Source: Mycobacteriales bacterium
GTDB lineage: Bacteria; Actinomycetota; Actinomycetes; JAFAQI01
Direction of reading: 5' to 3'
Assembly: GCA_036268295.1 (NCBI GenBank)
Contig: DATAUK010000009.1
Location: 1,625 to 65,624 of the forward strand
Length of the DNA stretch: 64,000 nucleotides
Shown here: piece after piece, positions 26,281 to 36,439 of the stretch
How the letters are laid out: the number at the start of each line of letters is the position of its first letter
Position numbering within the stretch: the first letter of the stretch is position 1
Program-made: the position numbers and the translations under genes
The notes under the pieces: generated by a model
Seen by the model: only the letters and a program-made list of their open reading frames with translations
The model's database searches: none
Told to the model about the DNA's origin: nothing

Positions 26281-27637
26281 GCCCGGCAAGCACCTCGGCG
26301 ACGGCCCGGTGGGCCGACCGGATGCACGCCGGCACGCCGACCCCGTCGTAGGTCGCGCCGCAGGCCGCCAACCCTGGGACCTCGGCCACCGACGCCCTGA
26401 TCCGCGCCACCCGGTCCGGGTGGCCGACGGCGTACTGCGGCAACGCACCACCCCACCGCGTCACCCTCGACTCGATCGGTACGCCGTGAAACCCGGCGTA
26501 CGTCGTCAGCTCGGCGGCCGCCGCAGCCGCCAGGTCGGCGTCGTCGCGCTGCAGGTCACCGACGTCGCCGTGGCGCCCGATCGAGCAGCGGACGATCGCC
26601 ACGTCATCGCCGCCGACGTGCGCCCACTTCGAGGACGCGAACGTCACCGCCTTGACCGGGCGGCGGTAGGTCGCGGGCACGAGGTATCCGCTGCTTGTGG
26701 TCGCCGGGACGTCATCGCAACGCCACGCGGTCGTGACGATCGCCATGCTGGCCGCCTCGATCGCGGCGAGCTCGGTTGCCGCGATCCGAGCGATGCCGGC
26801 GAGCAGCCGCGCGGCGGGCGCGGCCGGCAACGCGAGGATCACCGCATCAGCCTCGATCGGCTGCTCGTCGGTGGTCGGGCCGTGCACGACCCGCCAGCCG
26901 GCAACTTCGGTCCGCTCCAGCCGGCGTACCGCCCGGCCGGTCACGATCACGCCCCCGGCGGACTCGATCGCGCCGGCGACGCTGGCGGGCAGCGAACCCA
27001 TCCCGCCGGTGACCGTCGCGAAGACCGGCTCGGTCGAGGGGACAGCAGGAATCGCGCGCCCCGCAGCGGCGAGCAGCGAGCGCTCATCGCGCGGCAGCTG
27101 GGGGATCGTGGCCGCCAGCGAGAGGTGATCGGCGCGGCCGGCATAGACCCCGCCGAGCAGCGGGTCGACGAGGCGGTCGGCGACAGCCGCGCCGACCCGG
27201 CGTCGGACCCAGTCACCGACCGAGATGTCCTCGCCGGGCGCGGTGCCCGGCAGGAAGCGGTCGAGGGTGACGCGGGCGACCTCGGCGGCGCTCAGGACGC
27301 CGCGAAGGGTGGCCGGATCACTGGGAAGACCCATCACCGTGCCGGTGGGCATCGGATGCAGCTCACCGCGCGACCAGAGGGACGCCGACGTCGACTGCGG
27401 CGAGACCAGCTCGGCGGAGCGGCCGAGCGCATCGACCAGACTCAGCGCCTCCGGCACCCGCCGCAGGAACATCTCCGCGCCCTCGTCGACCGCGACACCG
27501 GCGACCTCGGAGATCCGCAGCTTGCCGCCGACTGCGGCGGTCGACTCGACCAACGTGACCGCAACCCCGGCGCTCGCCAACCGGAGGGCCGCGGCCAGCC
27601 CGGCAATGCCGCCACCCACGACGACCACCTGCGTCAC
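26258..27637 (-). CDS. hemY: protoporphyrinogen/coproporphyrinogen III oxidase
   Basis: [20 protein letters not shown] has an FAD dinucleotide fold. 459 aa, with GTGA overlap to the hemE stop. Confidence 0.88.
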   Translation of the reverse strand: MTQVVVVGGGIAGLAAALRLASAGVAVTLVESTAAVGGKLRISEVAGVAVDEGAEMFLRRVPEALSLVDALGRSAELVSPQSTSASLWSRGELHPMPTGTVMGLPSDPATLRGVLSAAEVARVTLDRFLPGTAPGEDISVGDWVRRRVGAAVADRLVDPLLGGVYAGRADHLSLAATIPQLPRDERSLLAAAGRAIPAVPSTEPVFATVTGGMGSLPASVAGAIESAGGVIVTGRAVRRLERTEVAGWRVVHGPTTDEQPIEADAVILALPAAPAARLLAGIARIAATELAAIEAASMAIVTTAWRCDDVPATTSSGYLVPATYRRPVKAVTFASSKWAHVGGDDVAIVRCSIGRHGDVGDLQRDDADLAAAAAAELTTYAGFHGVPIESRVTRWGGALPQYAVGHPDRVARIRASVAEVPGLAACGATYDGVGVPACIRSAHRAVAEVLAGLSSRESR

Positions 27638-28665
27638 GGCCGCGCGCTCTCCTCGTGCACCAGCTCGACCAGCCGCGCCAGCACATCCGGATCGGTGTCG
27701 GGCAGCACCCCATGGCCGAGATTGAAGATGTGGCCGGGCGCGGCGGCGGCGCGGCGCAGCACGTCACGGGCGCGCTCAGCGACCGCTGGCCACGGCGCGA
27801 ACACCGTTGCGGGATCAAGGTTTCCCTGCAACGTAACCCCGGGACCGACCCGCTTGGCCGCGTCGTCGATCGCCACCCGCCAGTCGACCCCGACCACATC
27901 CGCGCCCGCAGCGGCCATCAGCCCCAGTAGCTCAGCGGTGTCCACGCCGAAGTGGATCCGTGGCACCTCGGGCACTGCCGCAAGGACCCGACGGCTGTGT
28001 GGCAGGACATAGCGCTCGTAGTCGGCGGCGGACAGCGAGCCGGCCCACGAGTCGAACAGCTGGACCGCGCTGACCCCGGCATCGATCTGGACCCGCAGGT
28101 AGGTCACCGCGAGGTCGGCAAGCCGCCCGGCCAGCGCGTGCCAGGTGGCTTCATCGCCGTACATCAGCGCCTTGGTCCTGGCATGGTCGCGGCTCGGCCC
28201 GCCCTCGACGAGGTACGACGCCAACGTGAACGGCGCGCCGGCGAATCCGATCAGCGGGGTGTCGCCAAGCTCGCCGACCAGTGCCTTGACCGCCTCGGCG
28301 ACCGGCTCGACCTGCGACGGCGCCAGTTCGGGCAGCCGGTCGACGTCAGCCGCGCAGCGGATTGGATCGGCGACGACCGGACCGACGCCGGGCTTGATAT
28401 CCAGGTCGACGCCGGCCGCCTTGACCGGCAGCACGATGTCGCTGAACAGGATCGCGGCATCGACGCCGTAGCGGCGAACCGGCTGCATCGTGATCTCGGC
28501 GACCAGATCGGGCCGCAAGCACGACTCGAGCATCCCGACGCCCGCGCGCAGCTTGCGATATTCGGGCAGCGAGCGACCGGCCTGCCGCATGAACCAGACC
28601 GGCGTGTGCGGCACCGGTTCGCCTCTGCAGGCGCGCAGGAACGCGCTGTCAGAGAGACCGGCCAT
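27634..28665 (-). CDS. hemE: uroporphyrinogen decarboxylase
   Basis: [21 protein letters not shown] and NLGHG.LP.T are HemE signatures. Confidence 0.93.
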   Translation of the reverse strand: MAGLSDSAFLRACRGEPVPHTPVWFMRQAGRSLPEYRKLRAGVGMLESCLRPDLVAEITMQPVRRYGVDAAILFSDIVLPVKAAGVDLDIKPGVGPVVADPIRCAADVDRLPELAPSQVEPVAEAVKALVGELGDTPLIGFAGAPFTLASYLVEGGPSRDHARTKALMYGDEATWHALAGRLADLAVTYLRVQIDAGVSAVQLFDSWAGSLSAADYERYVLPHSRRVLAAVPEVPRIHFGVDTAELLGLMAAAGADVVGVDWRVAIDDAAKRVGPGVTLQGNLDPATVFAPWPAVAERARDVLRRAAAAPGHIFNLGHGVLPDTDPDVLARLVELVHEESARP

Positions 28666-28691
28666 TCCTCGATCGTGTCATGGCGACCGGC

Positions 28692-29546
28692 TCAGCCGGC
28701 GCCCGCCGAGGCGATCAGCACCACCCCGCACAGCGCCGCGACGACACCGGTGAGCTGGACTCCGCGCAGTCGCTCGGCATGCACGGCGCGGGCCAGGATC
28801 ACGGTGAGTGCCGGATATAGCGACGACAGGACCGAGACCAGCGACAACAGGCCGTGCCGGGTGGCGTAGGCGAAGGTCGCGTTCGCGCTGACGTCGAGGC
28901 CGCCGATCACCGCCATCAGCGGCAGGTCGCGGACCCCCACCTTGAGCTGGTGGGAGCCGGCGAACGCACCGATCGCCACCAGGAGGAGCAGGGCCGCGGC
29001 CCGCATCACGACGAGGGTCATGATCGTGCTGGTCTCGGCGCCGTGATCGACCGCGACGAACACCACGCCGAAGCCGATCGCCGCGACGACCGCGAGGATG
29101 AGCGGCCGGGCGGCGGCCCGCGTCGACTGCTCGGTCGAGCGCAGCTCGGGACCGCTGGCGAGGACGACGCCGAGCACCGCGACGAGCACACCCGCGCCCT
29201 GCAGCAGGTTCGGCCGATCGCCCTGACCGATCCCAGCGACAACCGGCACGATGACACCGAGTGCGGCGATCGGCGCGACCACGCCCATCGTGCCGGTCGC
29301 GAGCGCCTCGTAGAAGGCCAGAATCCCGGCGGTGCCGGCGGCGCCAGCCAGCAGCGCCCAACCGACGTACCCGCTCGGCGCGCCGAACGCACCGGTCAGA
29401 ACTGCGGCGACGAGCACGCCGAGAAGACCGAACGCCTCGCTCGCCGCTACCACGCCGAGCGGCGAGAGCCGCCTCGATGCGGTTCCGCCGAGGAAGTCAG
29501 ACGTTCCCCAGAGCAGGCTTGAAACCAGCCCCAGCAGCGTCCCCAC
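28692..29546 (-). CDS. EamA/DMT-family transporter
   Basis: 284 aa, about 10 hydrophobic helices. N-terminus LLWGTSDFLGG is typical of EamA. Confidence 0.8.
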   Translation of the reverse strand: MGTLLGLVSSLLWGTSDFLGGTASRRLSPLGVVAASEAFGLLGVLVAAVLTGAFGAPSGYVGWALLAGAAGTAGILAFYEALATGTMGVVAPIAALGVIVPVVAGIGQGDRPNLLQGAGVLVAVLGVVLASGPELRSTEQSTRAAARPLILAVVAAIGFGVVFVAVDHGAETSTIMTLVVMRAAALLLLVAIGAFAGSHQLKVGVRDLPLMAVIGGLDVSANATFAYATRHGLLSLVSVLSSLYPALTVILARAVHAERLRGVQLTGVVAALCGVVLIASAGAG

Positions 29547-29631
29547 GTCTGCACACTAGGTGGCGCGGGTCACGACCCTCAGCGGCGCGTGTCGCGGTGA
29601 TCACGCCCCGGCTGGCGCTTACAGTGACCTG

Positions 29632-30222
29632 GTGTCGGTGGAACTGTCTGCACCGGCCGACCTGCCGCCGGCGTTCCGATCGGCGCTGGCCGGTCTCGCC
29701 AGCGTGAAGCTTCGACCTGAGATCGTGGTTCAGGAGCTTCCGGCGCCGCAGCGACTGGCGCCGTACGCCATCGCCCTCCACGCCACCGCGATGTCCGGGG
29801 ACGACGAGCTCGCCGAAGGCCGGCTGGTGCTGCTGCACGACCCGGAGGGCCAGGAGGTCTGGGCCGGCGACACCCGCTGTGTGGCCTATGTCCAGGCCGA
29901 TGTGGACCCCGAGATCGCCAACGACCCGTTGCTCGCGGGCGTCGGGTGGAGCTGGCTGATGGAGGCCCTCGATGCGGCCGGCGCGAGCTACACCGCCGAA
30001 GGCGGCACCGTGACCCGCACCACCTCGGAGCGGTTCGGCGCGCTGACCGATCACCCGGTCGCGTGCGACGTCGAGATCCGTGCCTCCTGGTCGCCGAGCG
30101 GAGATCTCAGCCCCCATCTGCTGGCCTTCGCCGAGGTGCTCTGCCTGGCCGGCGGGCTGCCGCCGATCCCGCCCGGCGTCGTGCAGATCCCGAAGCGCCG
30201 TCCTATCCGACGGGCTCGCTGA
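29632..30222 (+). CDS. DUF3000 domain protein
   Basis: LRPEIVVQELPAPQRLAPYAIAL, GRLVLLHDPEG and W.G..R.V.YV match from memory. It holds the conserved position next to hemE. Start GTG 29632 is chosen over 29560. Confidence 0.7.
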   Translation: MSVELSAPADLPPAFRSALAGLASVKLRPEIVVQELPAPQRLAPYAIALHATAMSGDDELAEGRLVLLHDPEGQEVWAGDTRCVAYVQADVDPEIANDPLLAGVGWSWLMEALDAAGASYTAEGGTVTRTTSERFGALTDHPVACDVEIRASWSPSGDLSPHLLAFAEVLCLAGGLPPIPPGVVQIPKRRPIRRAR

Positions 30223-31216
30223 CCGGCTCGATCCAGGCGGCCGGCGATCGCAGGCCGCCCATCGCCGCAACGCGAGGCAGCCGGAGCGTCAGCCTGGTCC
30301 CCCGCACCGCGCCGGAGGTGATCTCCAGCGAGCCGCCGACCAACCGGGCGCGCTCCCGCAGGAGCCCGAGTCCGACATGGCGGCCACCTTCGGAGTGCAC
30401 GACGTCGGGGTCGAAGCCGGGACCGTCATCGGAAACGGTCGCGACGACCCATTCCTCGTCGACCCACAGCTGCGCCGATGCCGAGTCGACGTCGGCGTGC
30501 TTTACGACGTTGAGCAGGCCTTCCTGGAAGAATCGGTACGTCGTGATGGCGGTGACCAACGGCAACGGATAGGGCTCACTCGGCCACGACAGATCGACCT
30601 CGATCGCGTAGCGGTTGAGCAGGTCGTCGCGAAGACCGGCGACCGCCCGCGCGAGATCGCCCTCGCGCAGCGCCGGCGGGCGGGTTCGTGCCATGACCGC
30701 ACGCACCTGCTCCTCGGCTTCGGCGATGAGCGCGCTCGCCCGGCCGACGGCGACCGGATCGTTGAGATCGGAGAGCAGATACTGCACGGTGGTCAACGAC
30801 TGCGCGACGGTGTCGTGCAGCTCGGCGGCAAGCTGGCCGCGGGCACCTTCCTCGGCCGCAACCAGTCCCGAGAGCAGCTCGAACATGCCCGCGCTCGCGT
30901 TCTCCGCGGTACGCCGGTGGCGCTCGGCCATGTCGTCGGCGAGCCGCACCCGCAGCTGCAGGGCGTCGACGGTCCGTGACCGCTCCTGCATCCGGTGTAC
31001 CGAGCGGGTGGTCTGCACATTCGCGAACGTGGCGAGGCCGGCGATCACGACCGCAGCCGGCGAGCCGGCCAGCACCGCCTGCCACATCGGCACCGACACG
31101 TGGCCGGTCGCCTTCAGGATCGAGACCGATGCCGCCAGCACGGAGCTGCTCGCCGCGAGTGCCAGCACGAACACCAGCACCGCTATCGGCACCACCCGAC
31201 CCCGGAGTCGCCTCAT
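30203..31216 (-). CDS. sensor histidine kinase (HisKA_3/NarL type), intramembrane-sensing architecture
   Basis: Two N-terminal TM helices with almost no external loop. H-box AAELHDTVAQSL. The ATPase region has FFQEGLLNVVKHA, DDGPGFD and GLGLLRERA. ATGA overlap with the upstream gene. Confidence 0.88.
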   Translation of the reverse strand: MRRLRGRVVPIAVLVFVLALAASSSVLAASVSILKATGHVSVPMWQAVLAGSPAAVVIAGLATFANVQTTRSVHRMQERSRTVDALQLRVRLADDMAERHRRTAENASAGMFELLSGLVAAEEGARGQLAAELHDTVAQSLTTVQYLLSDLNDPVAVGRASALIAEAEEQVRAVMARTRPPALREGDLARAVAGLRDDLLNRYAIEVDLSWPSEPYPLPLVTAITTYRFFQEGLLNVVKHADVDSASAQLWVDEEWVVATVSDDGPGFDPDVVHSEGGRHVGLGLLRERARLVGGSLEITSGAVRGTRLTLRLPRVAAMGGLRSPAAWIEPVSEPVG

Positions 31217-32625
31217 GGCGTGAGAACCCCCGTCGTGGTCCAGTCAGCACCGGCGCGTGGCGATCCCGGATCGTTCTCATCGACCGGTAGGCCACGGCCG
31301 AGGTCCGGCTCGGCGGCGAGCGCGATCGCGCCGAGCAGTGAAGCAACCGCGCGCTCGACGGCGTACAGCTCAGCGACGATCTCGTGGACCGAGGCCGGGC
31401 CCTCAGTCGTGGCCAGTCGGGCTAGCCGGTTGGCCGACTCTCGCAGGACGGCCAGCGACGGCACGGTGTCGGCGCCAAGGTCACCCAGGGCACGGGCGGC
31501 ATCCTCAACCGCCTCGACTTGGGCGAGCGCCTCGTCCCGCGAGGCCGCCAGCTCGGCGATCGAGAGCCAGGACTCGGCCTGCTGGACGAGTACGTCGGCG
31601 AGCATGATCTCGCGGCGCCCGAAGCTCGACGCGCCGACCGGGCGGCGAGCTACCAGCACCGCGAGCGGCGCGTCGTGGCCACCAAGGACGGTTGCGCACC
31701 ACGGTCGGCCGGCCTCGGTCCCGGTGACGGCACCGCGTTCGCCCAAGGCCCGCAGCACCCAGGGCTGGTCGAGCGCGTCGCTGTCGACCCGGCGGCGAGC
31801 GACGCCGTCGGCGTTGCCGGCGTAGTGGACTGCACCATCCTCTGCCATCAGGACCATCTCGACGTCGTCGCTTGCGAACAGGCGTGCCGCGGCGGTGAGC
31901 ACCACCTGCGCCGAGACATCGACGGAGCGACCGCTGGCGCGCTCCTGGAGCCGGGCCAGCTCGGCGTAGAGCTGAGCCTCGGCGGCGCGGGAAGTCTGCT
32001 CGTCGTAGGAGATCCACAGCAGCAGAAGCGGCACGATCAGCGCGAGCAGCCCGAGCGGCGCGTGGATCACCAGCCAGGCCGCCAGGATCCCGATCCCCGA
32101 GGTGCCGACCGAGTGGATCGACGCGAGCGGCGCGCTCGCCCACAGCAAGGTGCGGAACCGCTGCTCGGTCATGATCGACATGGCGGAGGCGATCATCAGG
32201 TTGTTGACCAGCCAGAAGACGCCCATCCCGCAGACCGCGCCCGGCACGCCGCCGCCGACGAGATGCGCGAAGCCGGCACCGAGTGCGGTGGCCGCGGCGA
32301 ACTGCGAGACGTTGAACTGCACCTTGAGCGGTTCCTGGTGGCGGACCAGCTGGGCGCAGAACACCCCGGTCGCGACCGCGATGACGGTCCAGGCGTGCGG
32401 CGAGTGGACGAACGCGACCGCAATGGCCGCCTCGGTCAGGCTGAACGTCCAGCGCTGCCGGCCGAATGAGAGATGGACGACTGCGATCTCGGCGACGCTA
32501 ACCGCGACCGCGAGAAGCGGCACGGCGTACCACGGCGGGTGGCCCCACCCGTTGAGCACGCCGCTGACCGCCGCCAGCGCACAGGCAATGGCGGCGAGCA
32601 TGCGCACTCGGGACCCGCTGGTCAT
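31213..32625 (-). CDS. polytopic membrane protein with cytoplasmic GAF-like domain
   Basis: About 7 hydrophobic helices in the first ~200 aa, then VLTAAARLFASDDVEMVLMAEDG...LAVLVARRP.....FGRREIMLADVLVQQAESWL (GAF-like). ATG 32625 overlaps the S8 stop (ATGA). Confidence 0.7.
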   Translation of the reverse strand: MTSGSRVRMLAAIACALAAVSGVLNGWGHPPWYAVPLLAVAVSVAEIAVVHLSFGRQRWTFSLTEAAIAVAFVHSPHAWTVIAVATGVFCAQLVRHQEPLKVQFNVSQFAAATALGAGFAHLVGGGVPGAVCGMGVFWLVNNLMIASAMSIMTEQRFRTLLWASAPLASIHSVGTSGIGILAAWLVIHAPLGLLALIVPLLLLWISYDEQTSRAAEAQLYAELARLQERASGRSVDVSAQVVLTAAARLFASDDVEMVLMAEDGAVHYAGNADGVARRRVDSDALDQPWVLRALGERGAVTGTEAGRPWCATVLGGHDAPLAVLVARRPVGASSFGRREIMLADVLVQQAESWLSIAELAASRDEALAQVEAVEDAARALGDLGADTVPSLAVLRESANRLARLATTEGPASVHEIVAELYAVERAVASLLGAIALAAEPDLGRGLPVDENDPGSPRAGADWTTTGVLTP

Positions 32626-34145
32626 CCCAACGGCCCCCAACCGGCGTCAGACCAGGAGCTTGCCGACCACGACGACGCCGACCACGACGAGGCGAACCAC
32701 GAGCTGCCGGACCACGATGAGGCCGACCACGACGACGCCGACCATGAGCTCGCCGACCAGCTCGACGCGAACAGCGAGACCCAGGCGCCGCGCAGCCAGG
32801 AGTTGGCTTGCCACTGCCGCTCGTTGAACGAGGCTTCCCCGGTCGGGTCGGCCAGCCGGTGATGCCACCCGAAGTTGCCGTACCGGTCACGCGCGAGCGA
32901 CACGAGTCCGGCGCCGGCTCGGCGGTCCTCGACCGGCTGCGCGCTCCCTCTGATCGCGGTCTTGACCTGCAGTGGGCTGCTGCCCCGGTGGTCCGAGAGG
33001 TAGGCCGCTGCGACGCCCGACGTGATCGCGGTGGCTTCGCTGGTGCCCGATCCGAGGAACAGGCCGCGACGGGTCCACGCCTGCGGGTTCTGCTCGGCGA
33101 TCATCGTGTTCGGCGTCATCTCACCGAGCACGTGCATCCCGGGGGCGACGACGTCGGGCTTGGCGACGCCGTCAACCACGCCGCTGCCGGAAAACGGCGC
33201 GATCTGAGCAGATCGGCCCTCGACGTTGGCGGCGCCGACGGTCAGCGCACGCGGGTCGAGACCCGGGTCGCCGACCTGTCCAGGGGTGTTGCCGGCGGCC
33301 ACCACAACGAGCACACCGGCAGCGCGGACTGCCTCAACGGCCGCGGTCAGTGGATCGGGGCCGTACGCCGGAGCGGTCGGCCGGTCGATACCGAGGGAGA
33401 GGTTGACGATCTGGATGGACCTGGCGTGAGTGGCAACCCAGTCCAGGCCGGCCAGGACCTGCAGCAGGTTGGTCTGCCCGGTCGAGTCGGCAACCTTGAC
33501 CGCCACGACATGAGCCGCGGGCGCGATTCCGATCGCCGCGCCGTTCGACCCGGGGACCTGACCGCCCGCTATCAACGAGGCGAGAAACGTCCCGTGGCCG
33601 TAGCCGTCGGTGAAAGGCCCCGTCATCGAGGCGAACCCGGTTGCCGCCAGATGGGAGACATCGACCCCGTCGATCAGCCGGCCGGATGCCCGGCTCAGTG
33701 CCGGTGAGTCGTTGACGCCGGTGTCGAGCAGCGCAACCGTCACGCCGGCGCCGGTGTGGGAGTTGCCGGCATCACCGCCGACCGCCTGCGGCCCGAATAC
33801 GCCCTGCTGGTCCGGTCCGTTGTCGCCACCTCTGCCACGACGCCCCAGCCCCATGACATGGCCGGTCCAGTTCGGCGAGACCGACAGCACGTCACGGTCG
33901 CGGGAAAGCTGAGCGAGCCCGGTCGCCGAGGCGGCGACGTACTCAGCGCCGACCGCGGGAAGGGAGTCGAGGACCCGGCCACCCGGCACCGCGAGTGGCA
34001 GTGAAGTGCCGGGTCGGACCTCGACAACGGCCCGAACCATCGGCGCCCGCGCCGGACCGGCTGCCGCCGCTGCTCCCCCGGAGATGACCAGCGGCGCTAC
34101 CGCGCCGATCGCCGCTGCCGCGATTGCCCATTTGACTCGGTGCAC
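32622..34145 (-). CDS. secreted S8 (subtilisin-family) serine peptidase with C-terminal (SSWSA)n repeats
   Basis: Catalytic motifs VALLDTGV (Asp), GHGTFLASLIAG (His) and GTSEATAITSGVAAAYL (Ser). The GTG at 34145 gives the signal-like VHRVKWAIAAAAIGAVAPLVISGGAAAAA and has gagggagag upstream. Confidence 0.88.
   Translation of the reverse strand: MHRVKWAIAAAAIGAVAPLVISGGAAAAAGPARAPMVRAVVEVRPGTSLPLAVPGGRVLDSLPAVGAEYVAASATGLAQLSRDRDVLSVSPNWTGHVMGLGRRGRGGDNGPDQQGVFGPQAVGGDAGNSHTGAGVTVALLDTGVNDSPALSRASGRLIDGVDVSHLAATGFASMTGPFTDGYGHGTFLASLIAGGQVPGSNGAAIGIAPAAHVVAVKVADSTGQTNLLQVLAGLDWVATHARSIQIVNLSLGIDRPTAPAYGPDPLTAAVEAVRAAGVLVVVAAGNTPGQVGDPGLDPRALTVGAANVEGRSAQIAPFSGSGVVDGVAKPDVVAPGMHVLGEMTPNTMIAEQNPQAWTRRGLFLGSGTSEATAITSGVAAAYLSDHRGSSPLQVKTAIRGSAQPVEDRRAGAGLVSLARDRYGNFGWHHRLADPTGEASFNERQWQANSWLRGAWVSLFASSWSASSWSASSWSASSWSGSSWFASSWSASSWSASSWSDAGWGPLG
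32647..32771 (-). repeat. eight tandem 15-nt (pentapeptide SSWSA) coding repeats
   Basis: The protein reads ASSWS x4, GSSWF, ASSWS x3, D. At DNA level the units differ by synonymous Ser/Ala codons (gaccacgacgacgcc, gaccacgacgaggcg, aaccacgagctgccg and so on). Confidence 0.9.
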
Positions 34146-34450
34146 GTGCTGCCAACTCTCCCTCTGGTCGCGGAGAGCTCCGCGCAGTTGTGGTTTCGGC
34201 AGCCTCGACCCGTGACTTGGGGTAGATCGGGCGCAATCCCCCATTCGGTCTAGCGCCGGCGAGCCCATTCGCGCGCTCGGTCAATCATCAACCGACTCGC
34301 TGAGCGGGGCTGCGCCGTACGGCGCAACGATTAGGCCCGTCGGGCTACAGCCGACGCGCTGGGCGGCCGAAGAACCCTGCAAGGTGCGATTCACAGAGCG
34401 CTCAACAGCAAGCCGGGCCCAGACCACGGCCCACACAGAGGAGGACGCAG

Positions 34451-35131
34451 GTGTCGGCACTTGCCGAGCACGCCGCCAGCTCAGCCGCGGATCCCGCGGT
34501 TGGCTTCACGGCCATGGTGGTCGATGACCACCCGCTGGTTCGGGAGTCGATGGTGGCACGGCTCACTGCGATGGGGGCACGGGACGTGGTTGAGGCCGCC
34601 AGCATCGCCGAGGCGCGGGCTCGCGCCCACGCCGGCGGCACGCGTGACCTCTGCGTGCTCGACGTCGGGCTGCCCGACGGCTCCGGCCTCGATCTGCTGA
34701 GCGACCTGCGAGCCGCCGGCTGGCCACGCCTGGTCGTGCTGTCCGCGGCCGATGATCCTTACTCCGTCCGCGCCGCGTTCGTCGCCGGCGCGCAGGGCTA
34801 CCTGCTCAAGTCCGCCTCGCCGCTCGTCGTTGCCGACGGTGTCCGGCGCGTGTTGGATGGTGGCGTGTACGCCGATCCGTCCGTCGCCTCACTGCTCGCT
34901 GCCGGTCTTCGTGGCGGCCCGCAGCAAGATGGCGTCGCGGAGCTGTCCGGTCGTGAGATCGAGGTGCTCCACCTGGTCGCCGACGGCCGGTCCAACAAGG
35001 AGATCGGCGAGGCGCTCGGCCTCTCGGCGCTGACCGTCAAGAGCCACCTTGCCCGGATCGCTCGCAAGCTCGGCACCGGCGATCGCGCCGAAATGGTCGC
35101 GATGGCGATGCGAGCTGGAGTCATCCGCTAG
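34451..35131 (+). CDS. NarL/LuxR-family response regulator
   Basis: Receiver MVVDDHPLVRE...LDVGLPDGSGLDLL, then the HTH LSGREIEVLHLVADGRSNKEIGEALGLSALTVKSHL. RBS gaggagg upstream of the GTG. Confidence 0.92.
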   Translation: MSALAEHAASSAADPAVGFTAMVVDDHPLVRESMVARLTAMGARDVVEAASIAEARARAHAGGTRDLCVLDVGLPDGSGLDLLSDLRAAGWPRLVVLSAADDPYSVRAAFVAGAQGYLLKSASPLVVADGVRRVLDGGVYADPSVASLLAAGLRGGPQQDGVAELSGREIEVLHLVADGRSNKEIGEALGLSALTVKSHLARIARKLGTGDRAEMVAMAMRAGVIR

Positions 35132-35197
35132 CCGCCCGACCTGGTTGCCCCCGCCCGGCTACCGCGCTGGGCTGCACTTTCGCACTAACGTCGTGGC

Positions 35198-36427
35198 GTG
35201 AGCGAGACGGTTGAGAACCGCCCGGCAGCGGTGCCGTTGCTCGAGCCCCGCGACGGCGTACCTCCGATCATCGACACCCCAGCGGCGCTCGACGCGGCCA
35301 TCACTGCCCTCGCCGCCGGCTCCGGCCCGGTGGCGGTCGACGCCGAGCGAGCGTCGGGCTACCGCTACGGCCAGCGTGCCTACCTGGTGCAGCTCCGCCG
35401 CGAACCGGCCGGCACCTTCCTCGTCGACCCGATCGCCTTCGACAATCTCAATGCGCTGTCCGCGGTGCTTGCCGACAGCGAATGGATCCTGCACGCCGCC
35501 TCCCAGGACCTGCCCTCGCTGCGCGAGGTCGGCATGCATCCCACCCGGCTGTTCGACACCGAGCTGGCCGCCCGGCTGGCCGGCTTCGAGCGGGTCGGCC
35601 TGGCCACGATGGTGGAGCTGCTGCTCGGGCTGGCGCTGGCGAAAGAGCATTCGGCCGCAGACTGGTCGCGCCGGCCGCTGCCCGAGCCGTGGCTGCGCTA
35701 TGCCGCGCTCGACGTCGAGATCCTGGTCGAGCTGCGCGACGAGCTCGAAGCCGAGCTGACCCGGCAAGGCAAGCTGGAGTGGGCCCATCAGGAGTTCGCG
35801 GCGGTCTTGAACGCTGTGCCGGCACCGCCGCGCGCCGATCCATGGCGGCGGACCAGCGGGATGCATCGAGTCCGCACCCGCCGCCAGATGGCGATCGTCC
35901 GCGCACTGTGGGAAGCCCGCGACACGATCGCCCAGCGACGCGACACCGCGCCGGGCCGGATCCTCCCCGACAGCGCGATCATCGGCGCGGCGGTCGCCTC
36001 ACCGACCGAGCCCGAGCAGCTGGCACGGATCTCCGGCTGGGGCGGCCGGTCCACCCGCCAGCTCGTCGCGACCCTCTGGCCGACGATCGCCGCGACGTAC
36101 CAGCTGGCGGAGGCAGACCTGCCGCGACCCGCCCAGACCGGCGACGGTCCACCCCCGGTCAGTCGCTGGGCCGACCGGGACCCGACGGCGGCAGCCCGGC
36201 TCGCTGCGGCGCGCGCCGCGCTGGCCGACCTCACCGAAGCACATCGGATCCCGGTCGAGAACCTGCTCACCCCCGACCTGGTACGCCGCCTCGCCTGGTC
36301 GCCTCCCGGCACCGACCCGGAGGCGGTGACGGCTTACCTGCGCCAAGGCGGCGCCCGCGACTGGCAGATCGAGCTCACGGCAGCGCCACTGAGCGCGGCG
36401 ATGGCGGCGTCACCCGCCGCCGAGTAG
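35198..36427 (+). CDS. rnd: ribonuclease D (3'-5' exonuclease plus HRDC)
   Basis: VAVDAERASGYRYGQRAYLVQL (Exo I), HAASQDL and YAALDV, then an HRDC-like region. Confidence 0.88.
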   Translation: MSETVENRPAAVPLLEPRDGVPPIIDTPAALDAAITALAAGSGPVAVDAERASGYRYGQRAYLVQLRREPAGTFLVDPIAFDNLNALSAVLADSEWILHAASQDLPSLREVGMHPTRLFDTELAARLAGFERVGLATMVELLLGLALAKEHSAADWSRRPLPEPWLRYAALDVEILVELRDELEAELTRQGKLEWAHQEFAAVLNAVPAPPRADPWRRTSGMHRVRTRRQMAIVRALWEARDTIAQRRDTAPGRILPDSAIIGAAVASPTEPEQLARISGWGGRSTRQLVATLWPTIAATYQLAEADLPRPAQTGDGPPPVSRWADRDPTAAARLAAARAALADLTEAHRIPVENLLTPDLVRRLAWSPPGTDPEAVTAYLRQGGARDWQIELTAAPLSAAMAASPAAE

Positions 36428-36439
36428 AGCGCTGCGACG

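Noticed and set aside
26309-28012. 567-aa plus-strand ORF
   Set aside because: It is antisense to hemY and hemE, Arg/Gly/Asp-rich, and has no recognisable motif.
32473-32868. ORFs encoding HDDADHDEANHE repeats (plus strand) and VVVVGLIVV repeats (minus strand, other frame)
   Set aside because: These are alternative-frame readings of the 15-nt SSWSA coding repeat of the S8 peptidase. They are not independent genes, and the repeat is not a CRISPR array because there are no spacers.
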